DNA of 64,000 nucleotides from Negaprion brevirostris (Eukaryota). The notes below the pieces were generated by a model, which was not told where the DNA came from, did no database searches, and saw only the letters and a list, made by a program, of their open reading frames with translations. The stretch spans positions 11,875,723 to 11,939,722 of the forward strand of contig JARDVH010000099.1 in assembly GCA_030324005.1 (NCBI GenBank). The letters are read 5' to 3'. The position numbers were made by a program, and so were the translations under genes. Below, in pieces: positions 10,591 through 22,745 of the stretch (position 1 is its first letter; every line of letters begins with the position of its first letter).

Positions 10591-13500
10591 TTAATTATAA
10601 TTTGAAAGCTCAATTAATAGGTGCTAACTAGAATGCTTATAATGCATTTTAGCTTTGAGTTGAAAGAGTGGGGCGAGAGAGAAAAAAGGAAAGGAGTGAA
10701 GGAGACTGGTTAAGGACATGGGTGTCTTTGGCCTCTTGCATCTTAACCCTAAATCGATTGAATTGGAACAGGTAGAATATTGAGGAAGAAGTAATTGATA
10801 CCAGAACTGGGAAAAATAAAGTGACCATGCTGCTGGTTCAAAGGTAGTGTTGATGCTGCAGGAAGTGAATTGGTTGTGGAAAGGAGTAGGTGGAATTAAG
10901 ATATGAAAGAAGAATGAATAACTGAGTGAAGGGAGAGGATCTTCCCAACAACCAGCACTCCAAATGCAGTCAGTCTACAGCTGCTGGCAATTCCTTTCCC
11001 TACTAGACTATCCCACAGCAGAAAGGAAAAAAGAAAACGACTGAGACATGTGGATCATGATAGAGGAAGGAACAAAACAAGGGGCAAGAAGCTCAACTGC
11101 AGGTTAAAAAAAGTCTCTTAAAATGACATTATACAATTCTCCAGCTTACCATTTTGCAAAACCGTGGGAGACAAACTAATATACAAATAAGTGTGTCGCA
11201 GCTGCATCTCCAGCTGATTATTTTATTCACTGAATTATCTAAAATCATAACCAAAGCATTAATGAAGCGGTGACAAACAGGAAATAATTTTCTCAAGTTC
11301 AGAAACAGCCAATACCAGCCTCACTAAAGTAGAAGGATGAGCCTTTGTAACACGACCTTGGCTCCCCATTAATCCTCTGCACCGGACCCAAATAGTAAAA
11401 TGAGAAGAATCACCAAAGAAGGATTAGATTTACCTATTTTGTAAAGATATGAAACCATGATACTCATGGCACACCTGCAAAATGCCTGGACCCCGAGTCG
11501 CCTACAAGCTCCCAGAGCCTCTTCTGTTGATACTAACCCTGGCAGCTGCCTACATGGCATGGATCAGTTACAGCTTTCAGAATTTTTAACTGACAAGATC
11601 AAGCATCTATGACACATGCTAGGAATTTAATTTCTAAACCCGCTCATCCAATGGAAAGCTGAAAATATAGACTCAGAACAACTGACAAGTAACTGGAAGC
11701 TGAATTTGGTTTTGCAGAAAGGCAGCACAAACACTCAATTCTGCCCACCCCACCCTCCTGGAGACGTTGCATTCTTGAAAAGAATTTACTTGATCGCATT
11801 CAATACATTATTGAACATTATGTCACATGTAGGAAATTAAACTTTAAGCCACGTCAAATTTCAAAGTGGAATCTTAGAAAAAAATAGTCCCAATCATATG
11901 AAGTGGATTCATTTGTGCTAAGTTAATCTTCCTGTGATGAGGGGCAAAAACTGCCCTAAGTCTTCACTTTTTAAATGTTTTCCAGTTGTCAACAGTAGTA
12001 ACATCTGACCAAAGTCTCCATCTGCTATATGAACAATTAGGACAGCTAGTTATTTACAGTACAAAACAACTGACTGAATCTGCTTGAAATCAGTGAAGCT
12101 TTTAAACAGACAAGTGCTATGCTGAATAAAATAACTGGCTCACTTGATAAGTTTTAAAGTGTCTTTATAACTCACTCCTATGGTGATGACAAATGGTTAA
12201 TAAAGATGACTGTCCATAACAAATATGAATGCAAGTAGTGAGGACTGTACCCTAAACAAATGCAACAACTACCTTTCTATTATGCTGGGAATTCAAACAA
12301 TTGTTTATTTACATGGGTATTGTATATTATCCACTAAGTTTTGACGGGAGTACTTGGATGCTTCCTATCCTCGAGCACCATGCTTCACATGCAATCACCA
12401 ATTTGTTGAGTGAGGTTACTGTCAATCTGTAATTACATTCAGAAGGACATGAATCCATATTTAATATACAGATGCACTACACAGGAATGAGCTTGTCTCA
12501 AGCTTCTAAGGACCAAGCAAATATCACTCCAGGAAAGACCATCCATTGGGATCTTATAAAACGACATTGCATTTCCCCCCAAATACTGCAAAATATTTCC
12601 CAGTAACTTGGTTGATATTGCATTGTCTTGTGGCAAATGAAGGAACCCAACTATATCTGCTCCTAATTCGAAGGCATAAAAATATTTTTTCTGGAAAGGC
12701 ATTAAACTACATGGTTTAAGTATAAGTACAGAATTTAAGTAAACATAAATGTGCTTTTTGACACGTTGATACAATTTTCATNNNNNAGAAATCAAAATTC
12801 CCAAATTGAAAAGGCAAGCAATATTAGGAAATAAGTTTTGAACAGCAATTACTATCTACAGAAGCTTGCTACATGATGTTAATCATTCTGCTCAGGTGCA
12901 AACTTCACTCACTTTCAAATGAGGATTTGAACTCAAACGTTTTTTCCATAACTTAAGATGGAGACTGAATAGGTTTTGGGCTTGTGAAAAATCACTTTAG
13001 AAAATTCTTGGAACAATTATCCACATTTTGAGGGGATGGGGTAGAGAAATCAAGATACCAATTTGTGAAATGAAAATGCTGATTTAACTTGAGCAGCATA
13101 GGGTACATTACAGGAAAATACACTGATTCACTGAGAAGCACTATCAAGTTTTTTTAAAAAATAGCTTTATTTTATACAATTGAGCACTAAATTGCAGAGA
13201 GAAAAGCTCATCACTTTTCAGTGCTATTAGGCCATATTTTTAGACATTTGTTAAAATTTCCACTGTGAACTGAAGTGAGAACTCTCCTAATCAGTGTGAC
13301 AATCAGGAAAAGCCTTCGTGTTTACTGATTGCACTAATCAAAACCAATTTTCAAAATGTAGTTAATTGGCGAGCTTACATTGAAATGAAAGCATGTCATA
13401 AATCAGATTCAATTTTGGATTGCAAAAACCAAATATTCTATTCACATTGAGTGCTTGCAGACTGCACTTGACTCCCACAAGTTATCAGCACTCAGACAAT

Positions 13501-14948
13501 TCATCAGCAGCGCATAGACTGAAATATCCTAGTGAAATCAACGACTGCTGATGGAAACACCCACAACATATATTCCAGGGTGGAGGGGGAAAGAAAATAA
13601 CATTGATTGACCGCACTGTCCTTCCAGTATCTATAACCGATTCTCAGCATCAGTAACCCTTCACATGATTTTCCAGAAGCCGTAAGTGCGGGGTGGGGGC
13701 ACAGATGACAGTAGAAGAATCACTATGATTTTATTGCAGTAACTATTCCGAATTAAATGTAGAAAGCAAATGGAAATGATCTGGTTGTAATGAATATGCA
13801 CCAGCAATGGGGAAAGTACATCAGTTCTGAGAACCGAACAAATCAAGCACAACAAAGGCAACAGACTTTAAAAAAAAAGGGCAATGGCCACCATAGTAAT
13901 GGCAGGATATGTGGGTTCATGTTGTATTTACACTGCTTAACATCCCGCAAGTGCAAGCAAGATTTGTTACACTAACTTCATTGCAGTGTTAATGTAAGCC
14001 TACTTGTGACACTAATAACAAGTGCTGAAATCAGTAAAACCATTCTGAGCACAGGCAAACAACCCTCCAGGTGAAAGAAAAGTATTTGAATGCCACTTTG
14101 CCTGTATCACACTGTGCTGTAGCTACAACATTCTGTGCCGTACACAAAGACAGCACACGTAAGTTTATAAGTGCAGACTATAATGTTCTTGAAAATATAG
14201 CTATCAAATTCAAAATTCAATGACTTCCTTCAATTCAAAATCAACCCACCTACTTTAAATTGACAAATTGTACTGTCGCCATGAAGAATACAAAAAACTC
14301 AAATCAATATTGTTATATCTTCAATAGAATTTATAGGCTTAATTTTAAATACAACAGCACAACATGGTAAATAAATGTTACTAAAAGCATGGAATAACTG
14401 GATTCTTAATTGTAGCAGTTTCAAGTAACTGTGTATGAATCATTTACCAAAAAAGGTACTTCTGACCACAAGTGGGAGAAATGCAATACAAAGTCTAGAA
14501 GTGAACAAAATTTTCTAAATTAAAAATGATACACTTAAATACAGGCATTTCCTTTTAAAAACAAAAGCACTTAATTCTTTCTGTTCCTCATCCTCTTTTT
14601 AATTTTCCAGCTCTCTCATGTCCATTTAGGCTGCACACAATTACTCCTCCCTTGTTTTTCAGTGTAGCAATTCCAAGTAGAGAAAGAAACTGGAAGGTGG
14701 GGAGAGCAGAAATTGTCCTGGGCAGTGAATTCCAGTCACTTATGAACCCAATCAATTATGTTAAGGTACTAATGAGTTATAATCAGTGACAGTTGGGCTC
14801 CCATCCCACTTAACTAATTGAGAGCAGCATACTGAATGTTCTGAATTCTTAGAATCGTGTAAAAATGACTGAATGTTTGAAACTTAATCTCTGGTCCTCA
14901 AATGACTGAAAGCCAGGCCAGTTTTTTCAGTCATCAACATTAGTAAGA

Positions 14949-15239
14949 GTGGCATAGTGGTTACCTCTGCTGCTCACAGCACCAGAGACCTAGGTTTNNN
15001 NNNNNNNCTCAGGTCACTGTCTGCATGGAATTTGCACGTTCTCCCCAGTATTCCGGTTTCCTCCCACGCTCCAAAGATGGTGCAGGTTAGGTAGATTGGC
15101 CATGCTAAATTGCCCCTTAGTGTCAGGCAGACTAGCAGGGTAAATATGTGTGGTTACAGGATAAGGCCTGGGTGGGGCTGTAGTCTGTGCAAGCTCAGTT
15201 GGCCAAATGGCCTCCTTCTGCACTGTAGGGATTCTATGA
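14949..15239 (+). mobile_element. HE1-type tRNA-derived shark SINE
   Basis: A-box-like head, tttgcacgttctcccc core, CR1-like tail ggcctccttctgcactgtagggattctatga. Confidence 0.85.
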
Positions 15240-16002
15240 GCAGTGCTGAAGTACTCCCTGCCACATGGAAGTTTTCAAAACAATGCAGTTAAGGGAAACA
15301 AGATAAGTGTATAAGGGAAAAAGCAACAGAAGGAAATGTCATTAGTGCAAAATGAAATAAGGAGGGAAGAGGCTAGTGGAGTATGAATGCTGACTGAATC
15401 TTCCATTTCTGCGCTGTAAAATTCCATGCAGTATTTTGACGTGCATCCCAGCTATGGCCAGGAGAAAAGGAGAAGCGCTTCAAATTAAACTGGCACAGGC
15501 ACCAGAAAGAATAACAGCAAGCGAGCATTGACAGTCAAAACTCTTCAGGTTTCCAATAATAGCAATTCAAGAATTTGTGTTTTAAAAATATATTCCATCA
15601 CGAAAAGAAGGCATAATCTTATTGAAAGGCAGAGCAGACTTGAGGGGCCAGATGGCCTATTCCTGCTCCTGGTTCTTCTGTTCTTATGTAATAAATATGG
15701 AGCAAGTGCAGAAAAGCTTAAATTTTGTACCTATGGCTTTACATTACAGCTCTGAACTACGCTGCATACTGTCTCTCTCATGAGTGGACCGTGCTGCTAC
15801 AAGGGAACAAGACGACGAAAGACAGCATCTGCACAGCAACATGAGTGACGCCTAATGGAAGCCAGGGGCTGGCTGAATAATTCAGGAGAGCCACTGCACT
15901 TCACGCTCACTTAAGTAGAAGCACCTCCTTTTAACAACAAAAGGAGCACTTAATTTGTCCTTTCCCTTCCTTATCCTGTTTAATTTCCAGCTCTCTCATG
16001 TC

Positions 16003-16262
16003 TGTGTGGAATTTGCACATTCTCCTCGAGTCTAAGTGGGTTCCCTCTGGGTGCTCCGGTTTCCTCCCACGGTCCAAAGAGGTGCGTGTTAGGTTGATTG
16101 GCCATGCTAAAAATTGCCCCTTAGAGTTCTGAGATGCGTAGCTTAGAGTGGTAAGTGGGTAAATAAGTAGGGGTATGGAGGTTGGGTCTAGGTGGGATTG
16201 TGGTCGGTGGAGACTTGATAGGCCAGATGGCCTCCTTCTGCACTGTAGGGTTTCTATGATTT
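16003..16262 (+). mobile_element. 5'-truncated HE1-type SINE with ATGTC target-site duplication
   Basis: Same core and tail as the 14949 copy; flanked by atgtc on both sides. Confidence 0.85.
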
Positions 16263-17129
16263 TATGTCCATTTAGGCTGTATATAATTACCTCTCCCTTG
16301 TTTTTCAGTGTAGCAAATCCAAGTAGAGAAAAAAACTGGAAAGTACGGAGGGCAGAAGTTGCCTTTGGCAGTGAATTCCAGCCTCTCATGCACCCAATTT
16401 TGAAAATCAGACAGGAGACAAACCATTTTCCACCACCACTCAAATAACTTACCCACACAGTATGAAAAAAGCCCAAGCAAAAGTGTCAAGACGGATAGAA
16501 CACTGCTTCAGCTGTTAACGCTACTACAGCAGGTTTAAAAAAAATACAAGACTCCCAAAGGTCTCCAGATCACCAGGCTAACAATCAGAGGTGCGCACTC
16601 CATCTGGGGACAAAAAAGCATAAGGGAAAAGCACTGACCTTGCAGTACATGCAAGGGTGGAAGCATCCAAAACTTTATCAGCTGTCAAGCTGAGCCCCTT
16701 AAAAAAGGGGAGACCCATGAGAAGAACATCTGAAGTATTCGAAGGTGAGATTAAGTGCATTAAAAGCTCAAACTCCCCAACCCAGCCTTTCCACTTTGTA
16801 CGCCTTCTCTGCCTGGGTCCAGCGTCAAATCTATTAATTTTCTTCTTATTGAAAGATACTCAGACATACACCCATACATGGAGACAACCATATAAATGCA
16901 ATTTGCTTTTTTTTAAACTAGCGTTAAGGTGATATTTAAGCCAAAAGGTTTATTTACAACAATTCTTACCGCATTTCTGCTAAACGACTGAGATAGAAAG
17001 ACCTCAAGAGTCCAGTATTCAAAACCATTTTATGCATAGTATCTGATTAAACATAATTAAAAACACAATTTCCATATCAACACATCACAAACATGGGTTT
17101 AGCAGAAAATGCGCCATCTGTGTTAAACA

Positions 17130-17450
17130 ACTTGTGTTGTTACAGGATATTTCACCTAATCACGTGCTCCAAGGCACTTTAAAGGAGTTACCAAATTAAA
17201 TTTGACATTAAGCCACTTAAAGCAGGTATCAGAACAGGTGACCAAAAGTTTGGTCAGTGGAGGTTTTCAAGGAACATCTTAAAAGGAGTAACCGAGGTAG
17301 AGGGGTGGCAAGACTTAGGAAGGGAACTTCTAGAACTTAGAGCGTAGGTAACTGAAGACACTATGTTACAAGTGATTAAAATCAGTGATGTTCAGGAAAC
17401 TAGATCTGGAGGAGTACCAAGACTGCAGAGGGTTGCAGAGATCTAAAGAA
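17130..17450 (-). mobile_element. old L2 LINE 3' end
   Basis: ggtgaccaaaagtttggtcagtggaggttttcaaggaacatcttaaaagg; further remnant at about 18340-18830. Confidence 0.55.
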
Positions 17451-17667
17451 CTGAAAATGCAGATCTCAGTACAGCATAGCACTGTTAACACAGAAAAGCA
17501 GCTAAAGTTACTTGTGGGGTGTTCATACAAATATACAAATGATCAGTAGGCCACTCAGTCCTTCAAGACTGCTCCACCATTCAATAAGGTCATGGCTGAT
17601 CCAATTGTAACCTCACCTCCATATTCCCTCTTACCCCCAATAACATTTCACCACTTGCTCATCAAGA

Positions 17668-18272
17668 GCAAGTATCAATGGTTGCTATTCGGATTGGCAT
17701 AGCCTCAAGATGGGGGGGGGTGGCGGCGGCGGCGGCGCAGTTTAGAACAGAGTTGAGGAGGAACTTCTTCACTCAAAGGGTGGTGACTAGTGGAGTGCCC
17801 CAGGGATCGGTGCTGGGGCCTCAGCTATTTACCATTTATATAGATGATATGGAGGAGGGAACCGAGTGTAAGGTGTCGAAGTTTGCTGATGACACAAAGA
17901 TTGGTGGAACGGCAAATTGTGTGGAGGGTGTGGAAAGTCTGCAGAGGGATCTAGATAGGCTGAGTGAATGGGCGAGGAACTGGCAAATGGAATTTAATGT
18001 TGGCAAGTGTGAGGTTGTCCACTTTGGTAGGAATAATGGTAGGAAGGACTACTACTTACATGGCGAAAAGCTGCAGCATGCTACGGTGCAGAGGNNNNNN
18101 NNNNNNNNNNNNNNNNNNNNNNNNNNNNNNNNNNNNNNNNNNNNNNNNNNNNNNNNNNNNNNNNNNNNNNNNNNNNNNNNNNNNNNNNNNNNNNGCCATG
18201 ATCTTATTGAATGGCTGGGCAGGCTCGAAGGGCTAGATGGCCTACTCCTGCTCCTATCTCTTATGTTCTTAA
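17668..18272 (+). mobile_element. young CR1 RT fragment nested in an older minus-strand CR1 tail (about 17530-18330)
   Basis: Open [41 protein letters not shown]; 3' tail follows the gap. Confidence 0.9.
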
Positions 18273-18973
18273 GAATCTATCCAGCTCTGCTTTAAGAATA
18301 TTCAAAGTCTCTGCCTTCACTGCCTTTTGAGAATATGACTACAGTAGATGCCAAGACAAACGTGGTGGCTTTGGTCAAAGTGGCAGATTTTAACAAAGAT
18401 CATGAACGAGAAGGGATTTCCAGAACTGTGATTTTGACATAATGTGCTATAATTGAAAACAATGTGGTTCAACCCAAGACTGCGGCCAGAGAGGGGGATG
18501 GAGTTCATGAAAAGAGTACAAAATTTGAGGTAGAGCTGGATACAATGGCTTTGTTCTTCCTAAGGCTTAGCGAGAATTGATTGCTGCTCAGTCAAGGCTG
18601 TATGCAATCTAACAACAAAGCAGTGGTGGAAGCTAAGTGTTGGCACAAAGGGAGAGCTGGATGTCACAAGCATTAAAATGAAAGATAACTTTTATGTTTT
18701 CAAATACTGCTTCCAAGAAATTTTATGTAATGAGGAAATAGGAGACAACTATGGACAGACTCTGAGGATTCAAGGTCCATGCTGGGAACCTCAGAGGACT
18801 GTTGGAGTGGGAATAGGAACCACTGGTCTGGTTGGAGTTTGAGGGCAGCATGCCAACAAGCAAGATCAGTTCCACTGCGCAGGATAAGGCAGGAGACTCT
18901 GTCAAAGGCTGCAAAAAGAGGAATAGTGCATCATACTCACCATCCGAGAGGATATTATTTTCACTTTTGCTGT

Positions 18974-19046
18974 GCCCAGCTAGCTTAGCTGGTACAGCGC
19001 ACGAGACTCAACCTCAGGGTCATGGGTTTGAGCCCCACATTGGGTG
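18974..19046 (+). pseudogene. tRNA-Lys(CTT) pseudogene
   Basis: GCCCAGCTAGCTTAGCTGGTACAGCGCACGAGACTCAACCTCAGGGTCATGGGTTTGAGCCCCACATTGGGTG aligns end to end with vertebrate tRNA-Lys-CTT. It shows CpG decay, a deleted anticodon TT and a mutated B box. Confidence 0.85.
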
Positions 19047-19057
19047 ACATTGCTTTG

Positions 19058-19335
19058 GGGCAGCACAATTGACTGCTGCCTCAGTGCCAAGGACCCGAGT
19101 TCAATTCCGAGTTTAGGTCATTGTCTGTGCGGAGTCTACATGTTCTCCCCATGTCTGTGTGGGTTTCCTCTGGGTGTTCCGGTTTCTCCCAGAGTCCTAA
19201 AGATATGCTGCTTAGATGCATTGGCCATGCTAAATTCTCCCTCCGTGTACTCATACAGGCTCTGAAGTATGGCGAGTGGGGGATTTTCACAGTAACTTCA
19301 TTGCAGTGTTAATGCAAGCCTACTTGTGAAACTAA
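19058..19335 (+). mobile_element. HE1-related tRNA SINE (alternative-tail subfamily)
   Basis: B-box gagttcaattcc, HE1 core, tail cacagtaacttcattgcagtgttaatgcaagcctacttgtga. Confidence 0.85.
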
Positions 19336-19862
19336 GAAAACATGGACCTTGAATCCTCTGAGGGTCTGTCCATAATTGTCTCCTATCAATAAACNNNNNN
19401 NNNNNNNNNNNNNNNNNNNNNNNNNNNNNNNNNNNNNNNNNNNNNNNNNNNNNNNNNNNNNNNNNNNNNNNNNNNNNNNNNNNNNNNNNNNNNNNNNNNN
19501 NNNNNNAGCCAGTAACATGTACAAGTATTTTTGGGGGTTTGGTGGGGGAGGGGAAGACAGGAGGAGGAGGAATTGGAAGTTAATATACAAGGACAGTATG
19601 AGCTTGAGAGGAACCATTTGCTATGTCAATTATCATGAAGGTCAGGAAGGACAGTTTAATTGGATTTTTGCAACTAATTTTCAAAATGGCCATTAAATAA
19701 ATGCGCCAATAGGCCAGAGGTTTACTGCTGCTGCCAAGAGTTTTTTGTTTAAAACTCTCACAAATTTTACCTTTCATTTATAAATAGAACCTAACTGTCA
19801 GTTTTAGGCCTTGATAAGTTTACTACTTAATCTGTAAATCACAGGTTCATCAAATAACTTAC

Positions 19863-19999
19863 TTGGCAATGGGATAGTAAGAGATGGTGGTGCTCTCATC
19901 AGTGGGGGCCGAGAATTTTTCCCTTGTTGATAAAGAGGCGGAGGGGTGTAACTGTAAACACCACTTCCTCCTTGAGAGCGATCTTTTGACATAACATGG
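19863..19999 (-). CDS. xrn2: XRN2 exon 27
   Basis: 137 nt, HVMSKDRSQGGSGVYSYTPPPLYQQGKNSRPPLMRAPPSLTIPLP; tag/gtaagt. Confidence 0.92.
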
Positions 20000-20289
20000 C
20001 TAAAATAAAATTAAAGAAACAATATGTATACTTGTGCATTTAATACAAACTAGGTTATTTTTTATGTTAAAACAATTTAATATAAAAATGCTATTTTCTC
20101 TGCGTGATGGGAATTGAAGCCATTATCCATATCCTGCAGCTATGCACAACGTGAAAACCAGATATCAACATTGGAGAGTCCAGGTTCAACATCCAACACA
20201 ACACTATTAATTTCACAGCAATATTTCACAATGAAATTCATCACCATTCTTCTACTGATTTATGTATGGTTGACAGCTGCACCGAGGGG

Positions 20290-20740
20290 TTAAGCCTATC
20301 AGGTAGAACCAAAAATTTGGGGATTTTTCTTCTAGGTAAATGATTTGAAGGATGACCTAATAGAGATCTTTCAAGATTATGAAAGGATTTGATAGGGTAG
20401 ACTTGGTGAAAATATTTCCAACGGCAAGGGAGATCAGAACTAGGGCCACGAATGTCTGAGAGCCACTAAATCCAAGAGAACTATGGTCCAGAAGTATCAA
20501 CAGTCACCAACAAGTCCAAATGAAAAAAAATTCAGAAGAAACTTCTCTACTCACACTAGGACTTGCTATCACAAGGGGTGGTTGAGGCAAAAATGCCTTT
20601 AATGGGAAGCTAAATAACGACAATGCAAAAAGGAATTGTCAACATGTTAGAAGGGCAAGAAGAGGCTCATTGAGAGCATAACCACTGGTATGGACCGAAT
20701 GAGCTACATGGTCTGTTTCTATGCTGTAAATACTGTGTGA
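20290..20740 (+). mobile_element. degenerate CR1 3' region
   Basis: GDLIEIFKIMKGFDRV-like remnant and tggtctgtttctatgctgtaa tail. Confidence 0.6.
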
Positions 20741-21587
20741 CCCAACACTATCTAACTTTTCAGTCTTGCTGTTCCTAAAAAGATACTGACACGTAACTTG
20801 CATGTCACAAAATGTTAAAGTTGCTCAGGAGCCTGCAAGTTGCACGTGCAAAGAAAGAAATGACTTAACACCAAACAGCAGGAGTTCTGTCTCAGGATCG
20901 ACTAAAATCTGTATCAGTATCTGGCTGACTAAGGATTTTACACGCTCTGCTCCCTTGCCCAATACTGCAATAAGACTGATTTGTGTCCAATGCTGGAACA
21001 GATTATTTGGAAATAACTTCACCCTAAAGTCTTTACAGGTTCAATTTTGCACAAGATCCTACTCACGTGTTGGGAGCATCAAATCCCAGATCCCCATGTA
21101 CTGGTACAAAATCATTAAAAACACAAACTGAAACCACTGTTTTCACTCAACAATTCAGCTTAATCACATCAAGCTCGGCGACAGATTTCAACGTTTGAGA
21201 GATTGTGGAATGGAAGTGATGGCATGAACAATGATCTGATTGATGTTGATGGGAGTAGGTTGTGATGTGAATAGGCTATAGAGCATTCCACTCTCCAAGG
21301 AATTTCTTTTTCTCCCGAACTAACATTCTAATTGTGAAATTAGATCAATTCTTAACTGTACGTGTAAGGTAAACAAATGGTGGGAGTGGTGACAGGGGAG
21401 TAAAGTGGTCATTAGTACATGCAATGACAGCATTGAGCCAAGTAATTCCTGCTTTTAGTTTCTAACCTAAATGAACTAGGATACAAACTCAAAGCTAGAG
21501 AAGTGAGTGACATATGCTGAAATATTCTTGCTGATCATAGCCTAATTCATTGAACTCTTCCATTTGATGGCTTGGAATGTCACTTAC

Positions 21588-21719
21588 CCCAGTGTTCTAA
21601 ACGCTGACTGGTCCAAGTGCACTTGTTGCCGATTTGGGTTAAAGCCAAGTCGAGGTCTCCATGGCTGCTTTGAGTTAGACTGTTCCCAATCACTTGGTTT
21701 CAATGTTTTGGGAGGCTTC
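21588..21719 (-). CDS. xrn2: XRN2 exon 26
   Basis: 132 nt, KPPKTLKPSDWEQSNSKQPWRPRLGFNPNRQQVHLDQSAFRTL(G). Confidence 0.96.
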
Positions 21720-22319
21720 CTGAAAGGGTAAAGATGAAACCAAACAATTTAATGGCCATAGTCAAAGTACCTTGCAGCACAACANNNNNNNNNNNNNNNN
21801 NNNNNNNNNNNNNNNNNNNNNNNNNNNNNNNNNNNNNNNNNNNNNNNNNNNNNNNNNNNNNNNNNNNNNNNNNNNNNNNNNNNNNNNNNNNNNNNNNNNN
21901 NNNNNNNNNNNNNNNNNNNNNNNNNNNNNNNNNNNNNNNNNNNNNNNNNNNNNNNNNNNNNNNNNNNNNNTGAAGAAATTTCTCATGTCTCAGTGATTAC
22001 CTTTGCCAATAATTTCAAATCCATGATCTTTGCTTATCAACACACTTGCTGGAGGAAATTATATCTCCCTACATGTTGCAATAAAACTGCTCATGATCTT
22101 GCGAATTCTCGAGTAGGGGAGCTCCCCTTAACTTCCAGTGCTCTGAACTCGTCTCTAAACCAAATAGCACTCATCATCTCAGGGAACCTCCTCTGTATCT
22201 TTCCCTGGGGCTTTGACATCCTATCCTATCCGAAAATTGCACACAATACTCCAGCTGAGGCCTAGCCTGAGATTTGTAAAGTTGGCAAAGTACTAAGCCT
22301 CCCTAACCAGTCCCACCAT

Positions 22320-22745
22320 TTATTTAGCTAACCTTTTGTATGATAAGAGATTTCTGGGATCTTCTATGCTATCCACTAATCTTTTGTCACATCCTCTTTT
22401 CCCTTCTATGTCATTTTCTTTTTGCCCCAATTTTTCCTTGCACATTCTGTATTCTGCTGTTAATGAATCATTTACAACCATGGTGGTTACATTTTTAAGC
22501 AACTACCTTGCAGATACATACCACATATTAACTTCTACTCATACTCCTTCCCGCAGAACTACTTATTTTTGCTCCTTTCTTAAATTACACAGTTAATATT
22601 GCCGCAGAGAGGCTCTGACAAAAGGTCATCTGGGATCAAAACATTGGCTCTACTCTCTCTGTAGAGATGCTGCAAGGCCTGCTGAGACTTTTCCAGCATT
22701 TTTCTGTTTTGTTTCAGATTCCAGCATCTGCCATGTTTTGCGAAT
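22320..22745 (+). mobile_element. Penelope-derived 3' repeat with decayed hammerhead
   Basis: ctgacaaaaggtcatc..caaaacatt followed by agatgctgc..cctgctgag..ttccagcatttttctgttttgtttcagattccagcatctgc. Confidence 0.65.

Larger units (their letters stand above)
14532..16400 (+). repeat. diverged direct duplication of about 220 bp (14532-14752 and 15908-16400)
   Basis: Shared gcacttaatt..ttccagctctctcatgtc|catttaggctg..cttgtttttcagtgtagcaa.tccaagtagagaaa..gcagtgaattccag; the second copy is interrupted by a SINE. Confidence 0.85.

Noticed and set aside
15931-16476. 181-aa ORF
   Set aside because: It is an antisense reading of a SINE plus the duplicated segment, with no protein similarity.
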